A stretch of 64,000 nucleotides of DNA, from the NCBI GenBank assembly GCA_963842125.1, contig CAWJFE010000001.1:1475592-1539591 (forward strand), in the 5' to 3' direction. The notes under the pieces are model-generated. The model did no database searches, was not told where the DNA came from, and saw only the letters and a program-made list of their open reading frames with translations. Position 1 is the stretch's first letter; every line of letters starts with the position of its first letter. Source of the stretch: an uncultured Alphaproteobacteria bacterium. Its GTDB lineage: Bacteria; Pseudomonadota; Alphaproteobacteria; Rhizobiales; CAWCWK01. Positions 40,583 through 49,401 of the stretch are shown here, piece after piece. The position numbers were made by a program, and so were the translations under genes.

Positions 40583-41418
40583 TGTTCTGTCAAATCCAAT
40601 AGAAGAGCGAGCTGGTCCCAAGCAAGGGCAACCCACTCCGTTCGGATCGAGTGGCCCCCATCGTGCAGGCATATCGCGATGAGTTTGTCGCCTGTGGGTC
40701 CGCATACTTTGGTCTCGCAAGAAAGACCATCTGGGCGGGAATACAGGGTTTCCTGCGGGCACGAAGCCTGCTCGTACCACACGGCGAGGCTCTCGCGCAC
40801 ATCGCTCTGGTGCCAGCCGTCCCCAATCGGCCGGCCTTCCATCGGCACGACCGTGTCCGACGTCCCATGCACATGCACAAGGTTCGGCACCGGGCTCGGG
40901 CAGCTCTCGGGGATCGGGTCCCAGAAGGCGCCGGCGACGGGGGCGAAGCCGAGAAAGCCTTCGCCCCTATAGCAGGCGACGCTCCAGGCCATGGAGCCGC
41001 CCATGGAGAAGCCGGTGACCATGGTGCTCTCGCGGGTAATGCCGAAGCGGGCCTCTACGTCGTCCACCACGCTCTCGATGAAGGCGAAATCGTCCCGCGC
41101 CTGGCTGGGCGAGCCGGGATAGGCCCAGGTCTTGTTGCGCCCGTCCGGCGCGACGAGGAGGAGATCGCGCTCTCGCGCCACGCGGGCGAGGGCACCGTTG
41201 CGCATCACGCCCTCCGCCGTGCCCTGCCAGCCGTGAAAATAGAGGATGGCGCCTTTCGGCTCACCGTCGGGCGCCGCGATCCGGTAGGTCCCGTCCTCGA
41301 CGACGCAGTCGGTCTCGGGGCCGCAGGCGGAAGCGGGCGCGGCGGCGCCGAGCGATGCGAGCACGAGGCCTGCGAGCGCCGAGGGCAGGAATGGCGATGT
41401 CGTGCGCGGCGATGTCAT
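40579..41418 (-). CDS. Secreted esterase, PHB-depolymerase/LpqC family
   Basis: Signal peptide, HGWQGTAEG, and nucleophile elbow GFSMGG. Only the last 279 codons of track ORF 40579..42210 are coding. Confidence 0.75.
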   Translation of the reverse strand: MTSPRTTSPFLPSALAGLVLASLGAAAPASACGPETDCVVEDGTYRIAAPDGEPKGAILYFHGWQGTAEGVMRNGALARVARERDLLLVAPDGRNKTWAYPGSPSQARDDFAFIESVVDDVEARFGITRESTMVTGFSMGGSMAWSVACYRGEGFLGFAPVAGAFWDPIPESCPSPVPNLVHVHGTSDTVVPMEGRPIGDGWHQSDVRESLAVWYEQASCPQETLYSRPDGLSCETKVCGPTGDKLIAICLHDGGHSIRTEWVALAWDQLALLLDLTEQ

Positions 41419-43289
41419 GCGCGGCGTGGTCTCCAGAGGCGCGGTCGTAGCGCCGGGCGGGCGCGGGAGGGGCCGGGCGCATCGACGGGCCGATCGAGCG
41501 CGCGGTTCAACTCGGTATAGACGCCGGGCGGGGCGTAGGTCTCGGGCGTGCCGAGCCATCCGGCGAAGGCGTGCGTCTGCATGAGTGCGCTGATCGGCAC
41601 GGCAAGGGCGAGGCTGGCGGCGATCGGGGCGATCCAAGGCGAGATCTGCCCGGCGAGGAGCCCGGCGACGAGAAGGACGCCGAGCGCCGTCTCCAGCCAG
41701 TGAAAGGCGAGGAGCGTGCGCCAGCCGTCGCGCTCGCCGGCGCGACGCTGGGGCGCCCATCCGGCGTCGATGCCGGCAAAGGTTCGAAGGACGGCGCGGA
41801 CCTGCTGCACCATCATGATGGGCGCGAGTGCGATCGAGAGGGCGAGTTCGAGCAGCGCAGAGCCGAGAAAGCGCACCGGCCCGCCGACCGTGCGCAGGGC
41901 CGGATCGTCGATCAGCGTGCCGAGGATGCCGAGCATCTTGGGCGCCACCAGCATCGCGTAGACGAAGCAGAGGACGAGGACGCGGCTGACGAGGTCGATC
42001 TCCGGCCACATCGGAAAGAGCGGGTTCTCGGGCGAGAAATAGCGCACGAGCGGCGCCTCGCGGCTGCTGAAGGCCGCCCAGAGGAGGAGGAGCGTGAACC
42101 AGGCGAGCGAGGTCAGATACGCCATCGCGCCCTGAAGCAGGTGAAAGCGCGACAGGGGATGCAGGCCGGAGGCGAAGAGGAGCCGGAGGTGCTGGAGATT
42201 GCCCTGGCACCAGCGCCGGTCTCGCAGCACGTGGTCGATGAGGGTCGGCGGCGTCTCCTCGAAGCTGCCGCGCGGCTCGGGCAGGATATGCACCGACCAG
42301 CCGGCCCGGCGCAGCAGCGCAGCCTCGACGAAATCGTGACTGAGGATGAGGCCCGACAGCGGACCGCGGCCCGGCAGGTCGGGCAATCCGGCCGAGGCCG
42401 CAAAGGCGCGGGTGCGGATGATCGCGTTATGGCCCCAATAGTTGCCCGCGTCCCCCGTCCAACGCGCGAGGCCGGCGGCGAGAACGGGCCCGTAGACGTT
42501 GCAGGCGAATTGCTGGGCGCGGGCGAAGAGCGTGCGCGCCCCGATGATGCGCGGCACGCTTTGCACGAGCCCGGCGCTGGGGTCCCGCGCCATCGCATCG
42601 GCGAGCGCGGCGATGGTCTCCGGCGTCATCAGGCTGTCGGCGTCTAGGACGAGCATCGCGTCGGACGACGCACCGTCGCGCATCACCCATTCGGCGATGT
42701 TGCCGGCCTTCTTGCACGTGTTGTGTTCGCGGTTGCGATAGGTCGCCGCAATCTCGCTCACGCTGTCGGCGAGCCGTTCGGCGAAGACCGCGCGTTCGTG
42801 CGCGACGGCGTCCGGCGATCGCGTGTCGGACAGGACGTGGAGGGCGTAGTCGTGGCGCCTCTCCGTTCGCGCGAGGCCATCCAGCATCGCGCGGGCGCCG
42901 GCGAAGACACGGGTGGGATCCTCGGAATAGACCGGGAGGAGGATGGCGATGCGCAGACGCGGCGCCTCGATCGCGGACGCGCTCGCCCTGGCCGTTCGCC
43001 GCACGAGGATGCCGAGCGTCGCGGTGCTGACCGACAGCGCGATCCAGAAGAAGGTGAAGGCCATCAGGCCCGCCATGGCGATCTCTGCGACGGCGTATCC
43101 GCCGGCCTCGAACCAGTCGAGCACGGCGGCGAGCAGAAGACCGGTCGTGACGAGCGCGGGCAGGCCGACGGCGATGCGCGCCAGCGGCTTTCGCTCCAGC
43201 GTGGATGGAGGGGCGGCGGGATCGCGGTAGGGGCGCGAGAGGTCCTGCGCCGGCATGACCAGCGTGTCGTTGGATAAGGCGGGCGTCAT
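41415..43289 (-). CDS. opgH: Osmoregulated periplasmic glucan glucosyltransferase H
   Basis: GT2 core LLPVYSEDP...LSDT...CKKAGNIAEW...LVLDADSLM...QRRWCQGNLQH plus multiple TM helices. ATG 43289. Confidence 0.9.
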   Translation of the reverse strand: MTPALSNDTLVMPAQDLSRPYRDPAAPPSTLERKPLARIAVGLPALVTTGLLLAAVLDWFEAGGYAVAEIAMAGLMAFTFFWIALSVSTATLGILVRRTARASASAIEAPRLRIAILLPVYSEDPTRVFAGARAMLDGLARTERRHDYALHVLSDTRSPDAVAHERAVFAERLADSVSEIAATYRNREHNTCKKAGNIAEWVMRDGASSDAMLVLDADSLMTPETIAALADAMARDPSAGLVQSVPRIIGARTLFARAQQFACNVYGPVLAAGLARWTGDAGNYWGHNAIIRTRAFAASAGLPDLPGRGPLSGLILSHDFVEAALLRRAGWSVHILPEPRGSFEETPPTLIDHVLRDRRWCQGNLQHLRLLFASGLHPLSRFHLLQGAMAYLTSLAWFTLLLLWAAFSSREAPLVRYFSPENPLFPMWPEIDLVSRVLVLCFVYAMLVAPKMLGILGTLIDDPALRTVGGPVRFLGSALLELALSIALAPIMMVQQVRAVLRTFAGIDAGWAPQRRAGERDGWRTLLAFHWLETALGVLLVAGLLAGQISPWIAPIAASLALAVPISALMQTHAFAGWLGTPETYAPPGVYTELNRALDRPVDAPGPSRARPALRPRLWRPRRA

Positions 43290-43372
43290 GGATGCGAACG
43301 AGTCCTCGGCGGGGCGCCTCCCAGCGACGCAGTCTGTACCGTTTTGCTGCGCCGCAGCAAGCCCCCCTGACG

Positions 43373-44956
43373 TCACGTCGGCGCGATGCCTGCGCCGGGC
43401 GTCCAGCGGTAGAGCCAGACCTCGCTCGCCGGGCCGTCCGCATCGAGGATCTGAGCGCGCAATTCGACGGAGTCGCTGTCGCGCGGATCGAAGTAGAAGG
43501 CCAATCGCACGCCGCCCGTCTCCGGGTGGCGCTGCAGGATGGGCAGTGAAGCGGTGCCCCGGTTGGCACCGACGAAGGGGCGCAGCGCCTCGATATCGTC
43601 GAGCCGTGCGTGCGCCGCGAAATCGATGACGACGCGCCGGCCATCGGGGTCGAGGTTGGCGCCGGCCAGACGCTCGCCCATGAACGTGTCGTCGATCAAC
43701 GCGACGTCCGGTCCGGTGTTGGGCTCCTCGCCCCATTGCAGCGCGTAGTCGTAGCGATACTCCGCTCCGGCGATCAGCGGCTCGGCGGGGCGCCAGTAGG
43801 CGACGATGTTGTCGTAGATCTCGCGCTCGCTCGGGATCTCGACGAGCGCGACGCTGCCCCGCCCCCAATCGCCTTGCGGCGTCGTCCAGAGGCCGGGGCG
43901 GCGGTGGTAGAGGGCTTCGAAGTCCTCGAAATCCTCGAGCGAACGGGCGCGCTGGAGAAGGCCGAAACCGGTGGGGTTCTCGTCGACGAACTGGCTGACC
44001 TGGAGCTCGCGCGGATTGGCGAGCGGGCGCCAGAGCCGCTCTCCGGCGCCGTTGTCGACGAGGAGGCCATCCGAATCGTGGACGGCAGGGCGGAAGTCGT
44101 CGAAGCGGGCGCGATTGGTCTGGTCGAAGAGGAACATGCTCGTCTGCGCGCCGATGCCGACATGGGCGAGGTCGCGGCGCGGGAAGATGTGGGAGCGGAC
44201 GTCCATCGCGGTCGCATCGCCGAGCTTCGACGAAAAGGTGAAGGCGCCGGTGCAGGACGGCGAATCGAGAAGCGCGTGGACGGTGGTGAGACCGGACGCG
44301 GCCGGCGCCTCGATCCAGAAGCGGCGAAAGGCCGGGAACTCCTCGCCGCCCGGCTCGGCGGTGTCGATGGCGAGGCCGCGCGCGGAGAGACCGTAGACCT
44401 GGCCGAGGCTGCGCCCCCGGAAATAGCTCGCGCCCTGGAAGACGAGATACTCCTCGGGCCCGGCGCCCGACGCCCGCTCGTCCACGATGCGAAAGCCCGA
44501 ATAGCCGTGCGCGTTGGACGTCCGCAAGGCCGCGAGATCGTCCGGCACGGCGAAGGCGTCGGCCTCGAAGAGCAGCGTGCGGGCCTCGCCGTCCTCGACG
44601 AGGTTCACCTCGATCGGTTCGGTGAAATAGAGGCCGGGCGCGAAGAGTTCGACATGGCTCGCCCGCCCGCGCCACGGCGCACGATCGACCTTGAAGCCGA
44701 GCCGGCGATAGTCGTCATAGGAGAGCTCCGCCCAGACGTCCGGCACCCGCTGCGGCGCCTCGTAGTCTCGGGCGGCGAGGTCGCGGGCGAGCGCCACGAC
44801 GCCGTCGGCGGAGAATGCGGTGGCGGGGCCGAGCGGTAGGGGGCGCGTGTCCTTGACCGGCGAGGCCGAATCGAGAGCCAGGGCCGAGCCGGCGTTCGCT
44901 GCAAGGAGGCCTGCGGCGGCGAGGGTGCCGAACTGGCGACGCGTGACGGGGCTCAT
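43373..44956 (-). CDS. opgG: Periplasmic glucan biosynthesis protein OpgG/MdoG (Tat signal)
   Basis: MSPVTRRQFGTLAAAGLLA twin-arginine leader and an MdoG-like body (FRGRSLGQVYGLSARGLAIDT...). ATG 44956. Confidence 0.9.
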   Translation of the reverse strand: MSPVTRRQFGTLAAAGLLAANAGSALALDSASPVKDTRPLPLGPATAFSADGVVALARDLAARDYEAPQRVPDVWAELSYDDYRRLGFKVDRAPWRGRASHVELFAPGLYFTEPIEVNLVEDGEARTLLFEADAFAVPDDLAALRTSNAHGYSGFRIVDERASGAGPEEYLVFQGASYFRGRSLGQVYGLSARGLAIDTAEPGGEEFPAFRRFWIEAPAASGLTTVHALLDSPSCTGAFTFSSKLGDATAMDVRSHIFPRRDLAHVGIGAQTSMFLFDQTNRARFDDFRPAVHDSDGLLVDNGAGERLWRPLANPRELQVSQFVDENPTGFGLLQRARSLEDFEDFEALYHRRPGLWTTPQGDWGRGSVALVEIPSEREIYDNIVAYWRPAEPLIAGAEYRYDYALQWGEEPNTGPDVALIDDTFMGERLAGANLDPDGRRVVIDFAAHARLDDIEALRPFVGANRGTASLPILQRHPETGGVRLAFYFDPRDSDSVELRAQILDADGPASEVWLYRWTPGAGIAPT

Positions 44957-46155
44957 CGGGCGGCCGCTCCATGAAGGGTCGTGGGATCGTCGGCGGGCGC
45001 TTCCACCGGCTGCGGCGGGCGCTTCGCCTTCCACGGCTGCGCCTTGAACCAGCCGACGCCGTAGGCGACGCCGATGAGGATGGCGAAGCCGGCGAGGTTG
45101 ACCAGGGGCACCGTCAGCGCGTTCCGCCCGATCTGGTCGAGCGCGAAACCGGCCATCCGCGCGAGGAACATGCCGGTCATGAAGATCGCGAGCGATTGCT
45201 GGCCGACCTTTCGAATGACGTCGATCACCCGGCCGCGCCAATCGGTGTGGACGAGCCGCCTCCCCATCGGTCCGACCGCGACCCAGGCGAGATAGGCGAG
45301 GGCGAGGAAGTGGACGTAGCGCAGGATGCCGAAGCCGGTCTTCGTCGTCAGCGGGCCGAGTGCGATCGCGGTCTCGCGCAGTTCCGGCACGGCGCCGAGG
45401 ATGCGGAAATAGGCGAGGGGGATCGTCGCGACGACGATGACGGCGGCGATGACGACGAGGCGCGCCGTCACGGGTGGCGGCTTCAGCCAGCCACGCATGA
45501 AGGCAAAACCCGTGAAGAAGACGAGCTGCCAGGCGAAGGGGTTGAAGAACCAGTTGCGCTCCGACCAGGGCTCGGCCGGCAGCTCGGCGAGACCGGTCGT
45601 GCCGAGCGCCCAGAGGACCGTCACGAAGAGCGCCACCAGCCAGACATTCGCCTTCGCCAGCGCCATCACGAGCGGGATCATGGCCAGGATGACGAGATAC
45701 ATCGGCAGGATGTCGAAATAGTTCGGCACGTAGGTCAGCGTGACGAGGCCGACGAGGTTCTCCTCGGCGTTCTTGAAGAACGGGTGGAGGTTGAGCTGGC
45801 CGACATAGTCGCGCTCGAAGGCACCCGTCGCATCGAGTGCCGCCATCGTGGCCGCGATGGCGATGAAGAGGCCGATATGGGACCAGTAGACCTGCCAGAC
45901 GCGGTGGGCGATGCGGGCGGTCCCCATCCACCAGCCATGGCGCTGGAAGGCGCCGCCGAAGGCGATGGCCGAGGCCATGCCGGAGCAGAAGACGAAGATC
46001 TCGGTCGCGTCCGAAAAGCCGAACCGCGCCGGGATCCAGAGCGTCCAGGCGTTGCCCGGCACGTGGGCGACGAAGATGATGAACATCGCCAGTCCGCGAA
46101 AGACGTCGAGGCGGACGTCTCGCGGCGCGGGAGTGGCTGTCGGGGTGGGGATCAT
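44953..46155 (-). CDS. opgC: OpgC-family membrane acyltransferase
   Basis: RDVRLDVFRGLAMFIIFVAHVPGN... and about 10 TM helices. ATGA overlap with opgG. Confidence 0.85.
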   Translation of the reverse strand: MIPTPTATPAPRDVRLDVFRGLAMFIIFVAHVPGNAWTLWIPARFGFSDATEIFVFCSGMASAIAFGGAFQRHGWWMGTARIAHRVWQVYWSHIGLFIAIAATMAALDATGAFERDYVGQLNLHPFFKNAEENLVGLVTLTYVPNYFDILPMYLVILAMIPLVMALAKANVWLVALFVTVLWALGTTGLAELPAEPWSERNWFFNPFAWQLVFFTGFAFMRGWLKPPPVTARLVVIAAVIVVATIPLAYFRILGAVPELRETAIALGPLTTKTGFGILRYVHFLALAYLAWVAVGPMGRRLVHTDWRGRVIDVIRKVGQQSLAIFMTGMFLARMAGFALDQIGRNALTVPLVNLAGFAILIGVAYGVGWFKAQPWKAKRPPQPVEAPADDPTTLHGAAAR

Positions 46156-46166
46156 GGACGCGCGGC

Positions 46167-47540
46167 TCAGCTCGCGATCGCCAGGCGCGCGGCCTCCTCG
46201 CGGGCTTGCGCGATGAGGTCGTGCCGATCCCGCGCGAAGCGGTCGAGATGGCCGCCCCGCTGCCTCGTGCGGGCGTCGAGCAGCGCGGAGGCATCATTGA
46301 GCCGTCCGGCCCGCAAGGCCGCCTCGACGGTCAGCCGCTCGAAGACGTCGCGCTGCGCATGGCTGCCGCCGATGGTCTGGAGCGTCGGATGGGCGGCGGC
46401 GAGGTGTGCGTAGGCCATCTCGAACCGGCCCTCGCCAAAGGCTTCGAGCCCCGTCGCGGCGTCGAGGCCGGGGCGGGCCATGGTGCGGTCGATCTCCGTC
46501 TCCCGGCGCTGTGCATCGAGGTGGATGCGGGCGAGAAGACCGTGCGCGGCCTCGCGCCGGCCCCCGCCGACGAGGGCGAGCATGTAGTGGAGATCGGCGA
46601 AGGCGAGGCACCCGTCCTCGATTCGCCGGCTCGCGATCTCGGCCAACTCCTCCCAGCGCCGACCGACGGGCACGCCCTCGATCTGGAGCCGCATGAGGAG
46701 CGAGGCGGCGTTGGAGATGTCGCGGTAGTCGTCGGTGTGATCGGCCCGGATGGTCTCGTCATAGAGGCGCAGGACCTCGGCCATCTCACCCCGGTCGAGA
46801 TGCATCAGCGCGAGGTGCCACCAGACGTGGTAGCGGAAATTGTTGCAGTGCGCCCAGGCCTCGCGGCGCGGCAGCAGCCAGTCGAGGCCACGCTTCGAAT
46901 TGCCCGTCATGTCGTAGACATGGGCGACGGCGTGGAGGCCCCACGCATCGTCCGGCGCGCGCTCCAACGCCGCGCGGCCATGCGCTTCGGCAGCGTCGTA
47001 TTCGCCGGCTTCTTCCAACGCGAAGGCGGTGCAGCCGTCGAGATAGCCGCGCATCGGGTGATCATCGCCCCAGGCGGGCGCGATGCGCTCGAGCGAGCGG
47101 CGCATGCCGCCGGCATCGCCCAATACGAAGCGGATCGACTGGCCGAGCTTCATCGCCAGCGCGTCCTCGGGGTGGTGGGCGAGAACGTCCTCCATGCACC
47201 AGGCGGCGCCGGAAGGCTGGCCCTGCAGCCACATGTCGAGCGCCTTGACGTAGAGCGCCTCGCGCTGCGTGAGCGTCTCGACGCGGTCCTTGATCCGGTC
47301 CAGGCAGTCCTCGGCCGTCCCGACGAGTTCGCGGCGGGCGAGAAGGAGGCAGAAGAGGCCCTTGCAGGCGTGAGCGAGCGCGAAGTCGGGCGCGAGCGCC
47401 AGCGTCTCGGCCATCCGGTCGGGCGTCGTGGCGGCGTGCGAGAGGAAACCGCGAAGCGTGCCGTTCCAGGCCTCGATCGCGGCGGCGGGCGCATCGGTAT
47501 CACCGAGCGTGAGGGGCATTCCGCAGACATCTGTCGTCAT
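46167..47540 (-). CDS. TTC38-like tetratricopeptide repeat protein
   Basis: ...AWGLHAVAHVYDMTG...NNFRYHVWWHLALMHLDRGE... ATG 47540, 11 nt upstream of opgC. Confidence 0.7.
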   Translation of the reverse strand: MTTDVCGMPLTLGDTDAPAAAIEAWNGTLRGFLSHAATTPDRMAETLALAPDFALAHACKGLFCLLLARRELVGTAEDCLDRIKDRVETLTQREALYVKALDMWLQGQPSGAAWCMEDVLAHHPEDALAMKLGQSIRFVLGDAGGMRRSLERIAPAWGDDHPMRGYLDGCTAFALEEAGEYDAAEAHGRAALERAPDDAWGLHAVAHVYDMTGNSKRGLDWLLPRREAWAHCNNFRYHVWWHLALMHLDRGEMAEVLRLYDETIRADHTDDYRDISNAASLLMRLQIEGVPVGRRWEELAEIASRRIEDGCLAFADLHYMLALVGGGRREAAHGLLARIHLDAQRRETEIDRTMARPGLDAATGLEAFGEGRFEMAYAHLAAAHPTLQTIGGSHAQRDVFERLTVEAALRAGRLNDASALLDARTRQRGGHLDRFARDRHDLIAQAREEAARLAIAS

Positions 47541-47812
47541 CGTCGTCTTTCCAGATCTGGCCCCGAATGTGCATCCGGCCCCGAGCGGGTTCGCGAACGT
47601 CGCGCCCTCGCGAGGCCAGGCCCCCGGCCCTATCTTTCGCAGGTGCCGAGACGGGCTGCCGCCAACCCGTTCGCATTGTCGCTCGGGACGGCCTGCGGAC
47701 AAGCAACGCCTTTTCACATGCCTGTGATGGCCCCTTGATGTCCGGCCCTCGTGAATTCGCGGTAAGGTCGCACCCTTCGACGCGCGAAACCGGCAGCGAA
47801 ACGGGCGAGACC

Positions 47813-49009
47813 ATGAGAAGCACGATAGCGGCGGGCGTCCGCCCGGCTCTACTCCCGGTCCAGGGCACGGCTGCCGCAATAGCGGGCACGCTGGCGATTT
47901 GCGTGGCCGTGCTTGCCTTTGTCTATGGCGGGCAGCGGGCGGGTGCCGGCACGGTCATCGGTGTCTTCGCGGGCGTGGCGCTCTACCACGCCGCCTTCGG
48001 CTTTACCGGCGGCTGGCGTCGCATGGTGACGGAGCGGCGCGGGCGAGGTCTGCGGCTGCAACTGGCGTTGATCGCCTCGGTCAGCCTCGTCTCGCTGCCG
48101 CTCCTGGCCTTCGACGAGGCGCTTGGGCTGCGGATCGGCGGCTTCGTCTTTCCCTTCGGCGTCGGCGCGATGGTGGGGGCGACGCTGTTCGGGATCGGAA
48201 TGCAGCTCGGCGGTGGCTGCGGCTCGGGCACGCTCTTCACGGTCGGTGGCGGCAGTTCGCGCATGGTGGTGACGCTTGTCGCGTTCGTCGCAGGATCGCT
48301 GATCGGTACGGCGCACCTTCCGGCCTGGAACGCCTTGCCCCGCGCCTCCGCCATCTCGCTGCCCGCGGCGCTCGGTCTGCCGGCCGCGATGGCCGTGACG
48401 CTGGCCGGACTCGGGCTCGTCGCGCTCGTCTCGCTCCGGGTCGAGCGACGGGCGCACACCGAGCGCCCGCCCGTGCCGCCGGCCGGGGGCTGGATCAGGG
48501 GGCCGTGGTCACCGGCCATGGGCGTCGCCGCGCTCTTCCTCGTTTGCATCGCCTGCTTCGTGCTTCTCGGGCGGCCGTGGGGGATCACGTCCGGCTTCGC
48601 CCTCTGGGGCGCGAAGATCGCCTATGCGCTGGGCGTGCCGATCGAGACATGGCCCTATTGGCGCGGGCAGATGGGCGCGGTGGAGCGCTTCGTGCTGGCC
48701 GACACGACGTCGGCGATGAATGTCGGCATCGTCCTCGGCGCCCTTCTCGCCGCCGCGCTCGCCGGCCGCTTCGCCCCCAAGCGCGCGCTGACGGGTGCCG
48801 AGATCGCCACCGCCGTCGCGGGCGGCCTGCTGATGGGCTACGGCGCGCGCTTGTCCTATGGCTGCAATATCGGCGCCTATCTCGGCGGCATCACCTCGGG
48901 CAGCCTCCACGGCTGGCTCTGGTTCGCCTTCGCGTTTGCCGGCAGCACGGCGACGGTGCTGATGCGCGGGCGGATGGCGCGAGATTCGCGCACGGACCCG
49001 ATCGGCTAG
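47813..49009 (+). CDS. YeeE/YedE family (sulfur-compound transport) membrane protein
   Basis: Two repeats, each with the conserved Cys motif (GGGCGSGTL and LSYGCNIGAYLGG). ATG 47813. Confidence 0.8.
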   Translation: MRSTIAAGVRPALLPVQGTAAAIAGTLAICVAVLAFVYGGQRAGAGTVIGVFAGVALYHAAFGFTGGWRRMVTERRGRGLRLQLALIASVSLVSLPLLAFDEALGLRIGGFVFPFGVGAMVGATLFGIGMQLGGGCGSGTLFTVGGGSSRMVVTLVAFVAGSLIGTAHLPAWNALPRASAISLPAALGLPAAMAVTLAGLGLVALVSLRVERRAHTERPPVPPAGGWIRGPWSPAMGVAALFLVCIACFVLLGRPWGITSGFALWGAKIAYALGVPIETWPYWRGQMGAVERFVLADTTSAMNVGIVLGALLAAALAGRFAPKRALTGAEIATAVAGGLLMGYGARLSYGCNIGAYLGGITSGSLHGWLWFAFAFAGSTATVLMRGRMARDSRTDPIG

Positions 49010-49053
49010 AGAAGGCCCTGCGACTGTCGGGCGGGTCGCTATCCCACCTCCAG

Positions 49054-49086
49054 GCGTCATTCTCGGGCACCGCCCCAGAATGACGA
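49054..49086. repeat. REP-like hairpin related to the termini of the RIME-like elements
   Basis: gtcattctcggg-cacc-gccccagaatgac: both inverted ends of the 3404/32941 elements, joined head to head. Confidence 0.6.
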
Positions 49087-49401
49087 TCAGGTGAGGATTC
49101 GGTTTCGAATTGGCGGTTGAGGGCGCGGCGACAGGTCCTCGTCACCCGACCCGCTGGCCCGTTGCGGCACGTGCGACCGCTAGAGCGCGTCTGGTTCATA
49201 TCCATTCAACGAACGCCCTCTAGCGCATTGTTTCTGCGCGGTTCCCCACGCTGCGGTGCTATCGCCCCTCCGCTGGAACGGCTCTAGAGCGGCAACCTTG
49301 CCTGTGGAGGGCCGCATATAACCTCGCAACCGCAACGGCTCGGGCGCGTTGTCTGCCGTGGCCCTCGTCCACCTTTCGCTTCCTGACAAAGGCCGCCTCG
49401 C

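Noticed and set aside
47541-47812. The long (about 270 nt) leader upstream of the YeeE/YedE gene, and the leaders of cimA and aatA, as possible riboswitches.
   Set aside because: I could not recognise the conserved cores of SAM-II, cobalamin, glycine, TPP or other riboswitch classes by eye. A covariance-model scan would be needed, so no call is made.
40579-47879. Very long track ORFs 40579..42210, 41415..44675, 43373..46297 and 46167..47879, which would imply heavily overlapping giant genes.
   Set aside because: Only the 3-prime part of each carries family motifs (esterase, OpgH, OpgG, TTC38). The upstream parts are Arg/Pro-rich run-ons through the preceding gene in another frame. Internal ATGs sit at ATGA junctions or behind signal peptides and give normal-length proteins.
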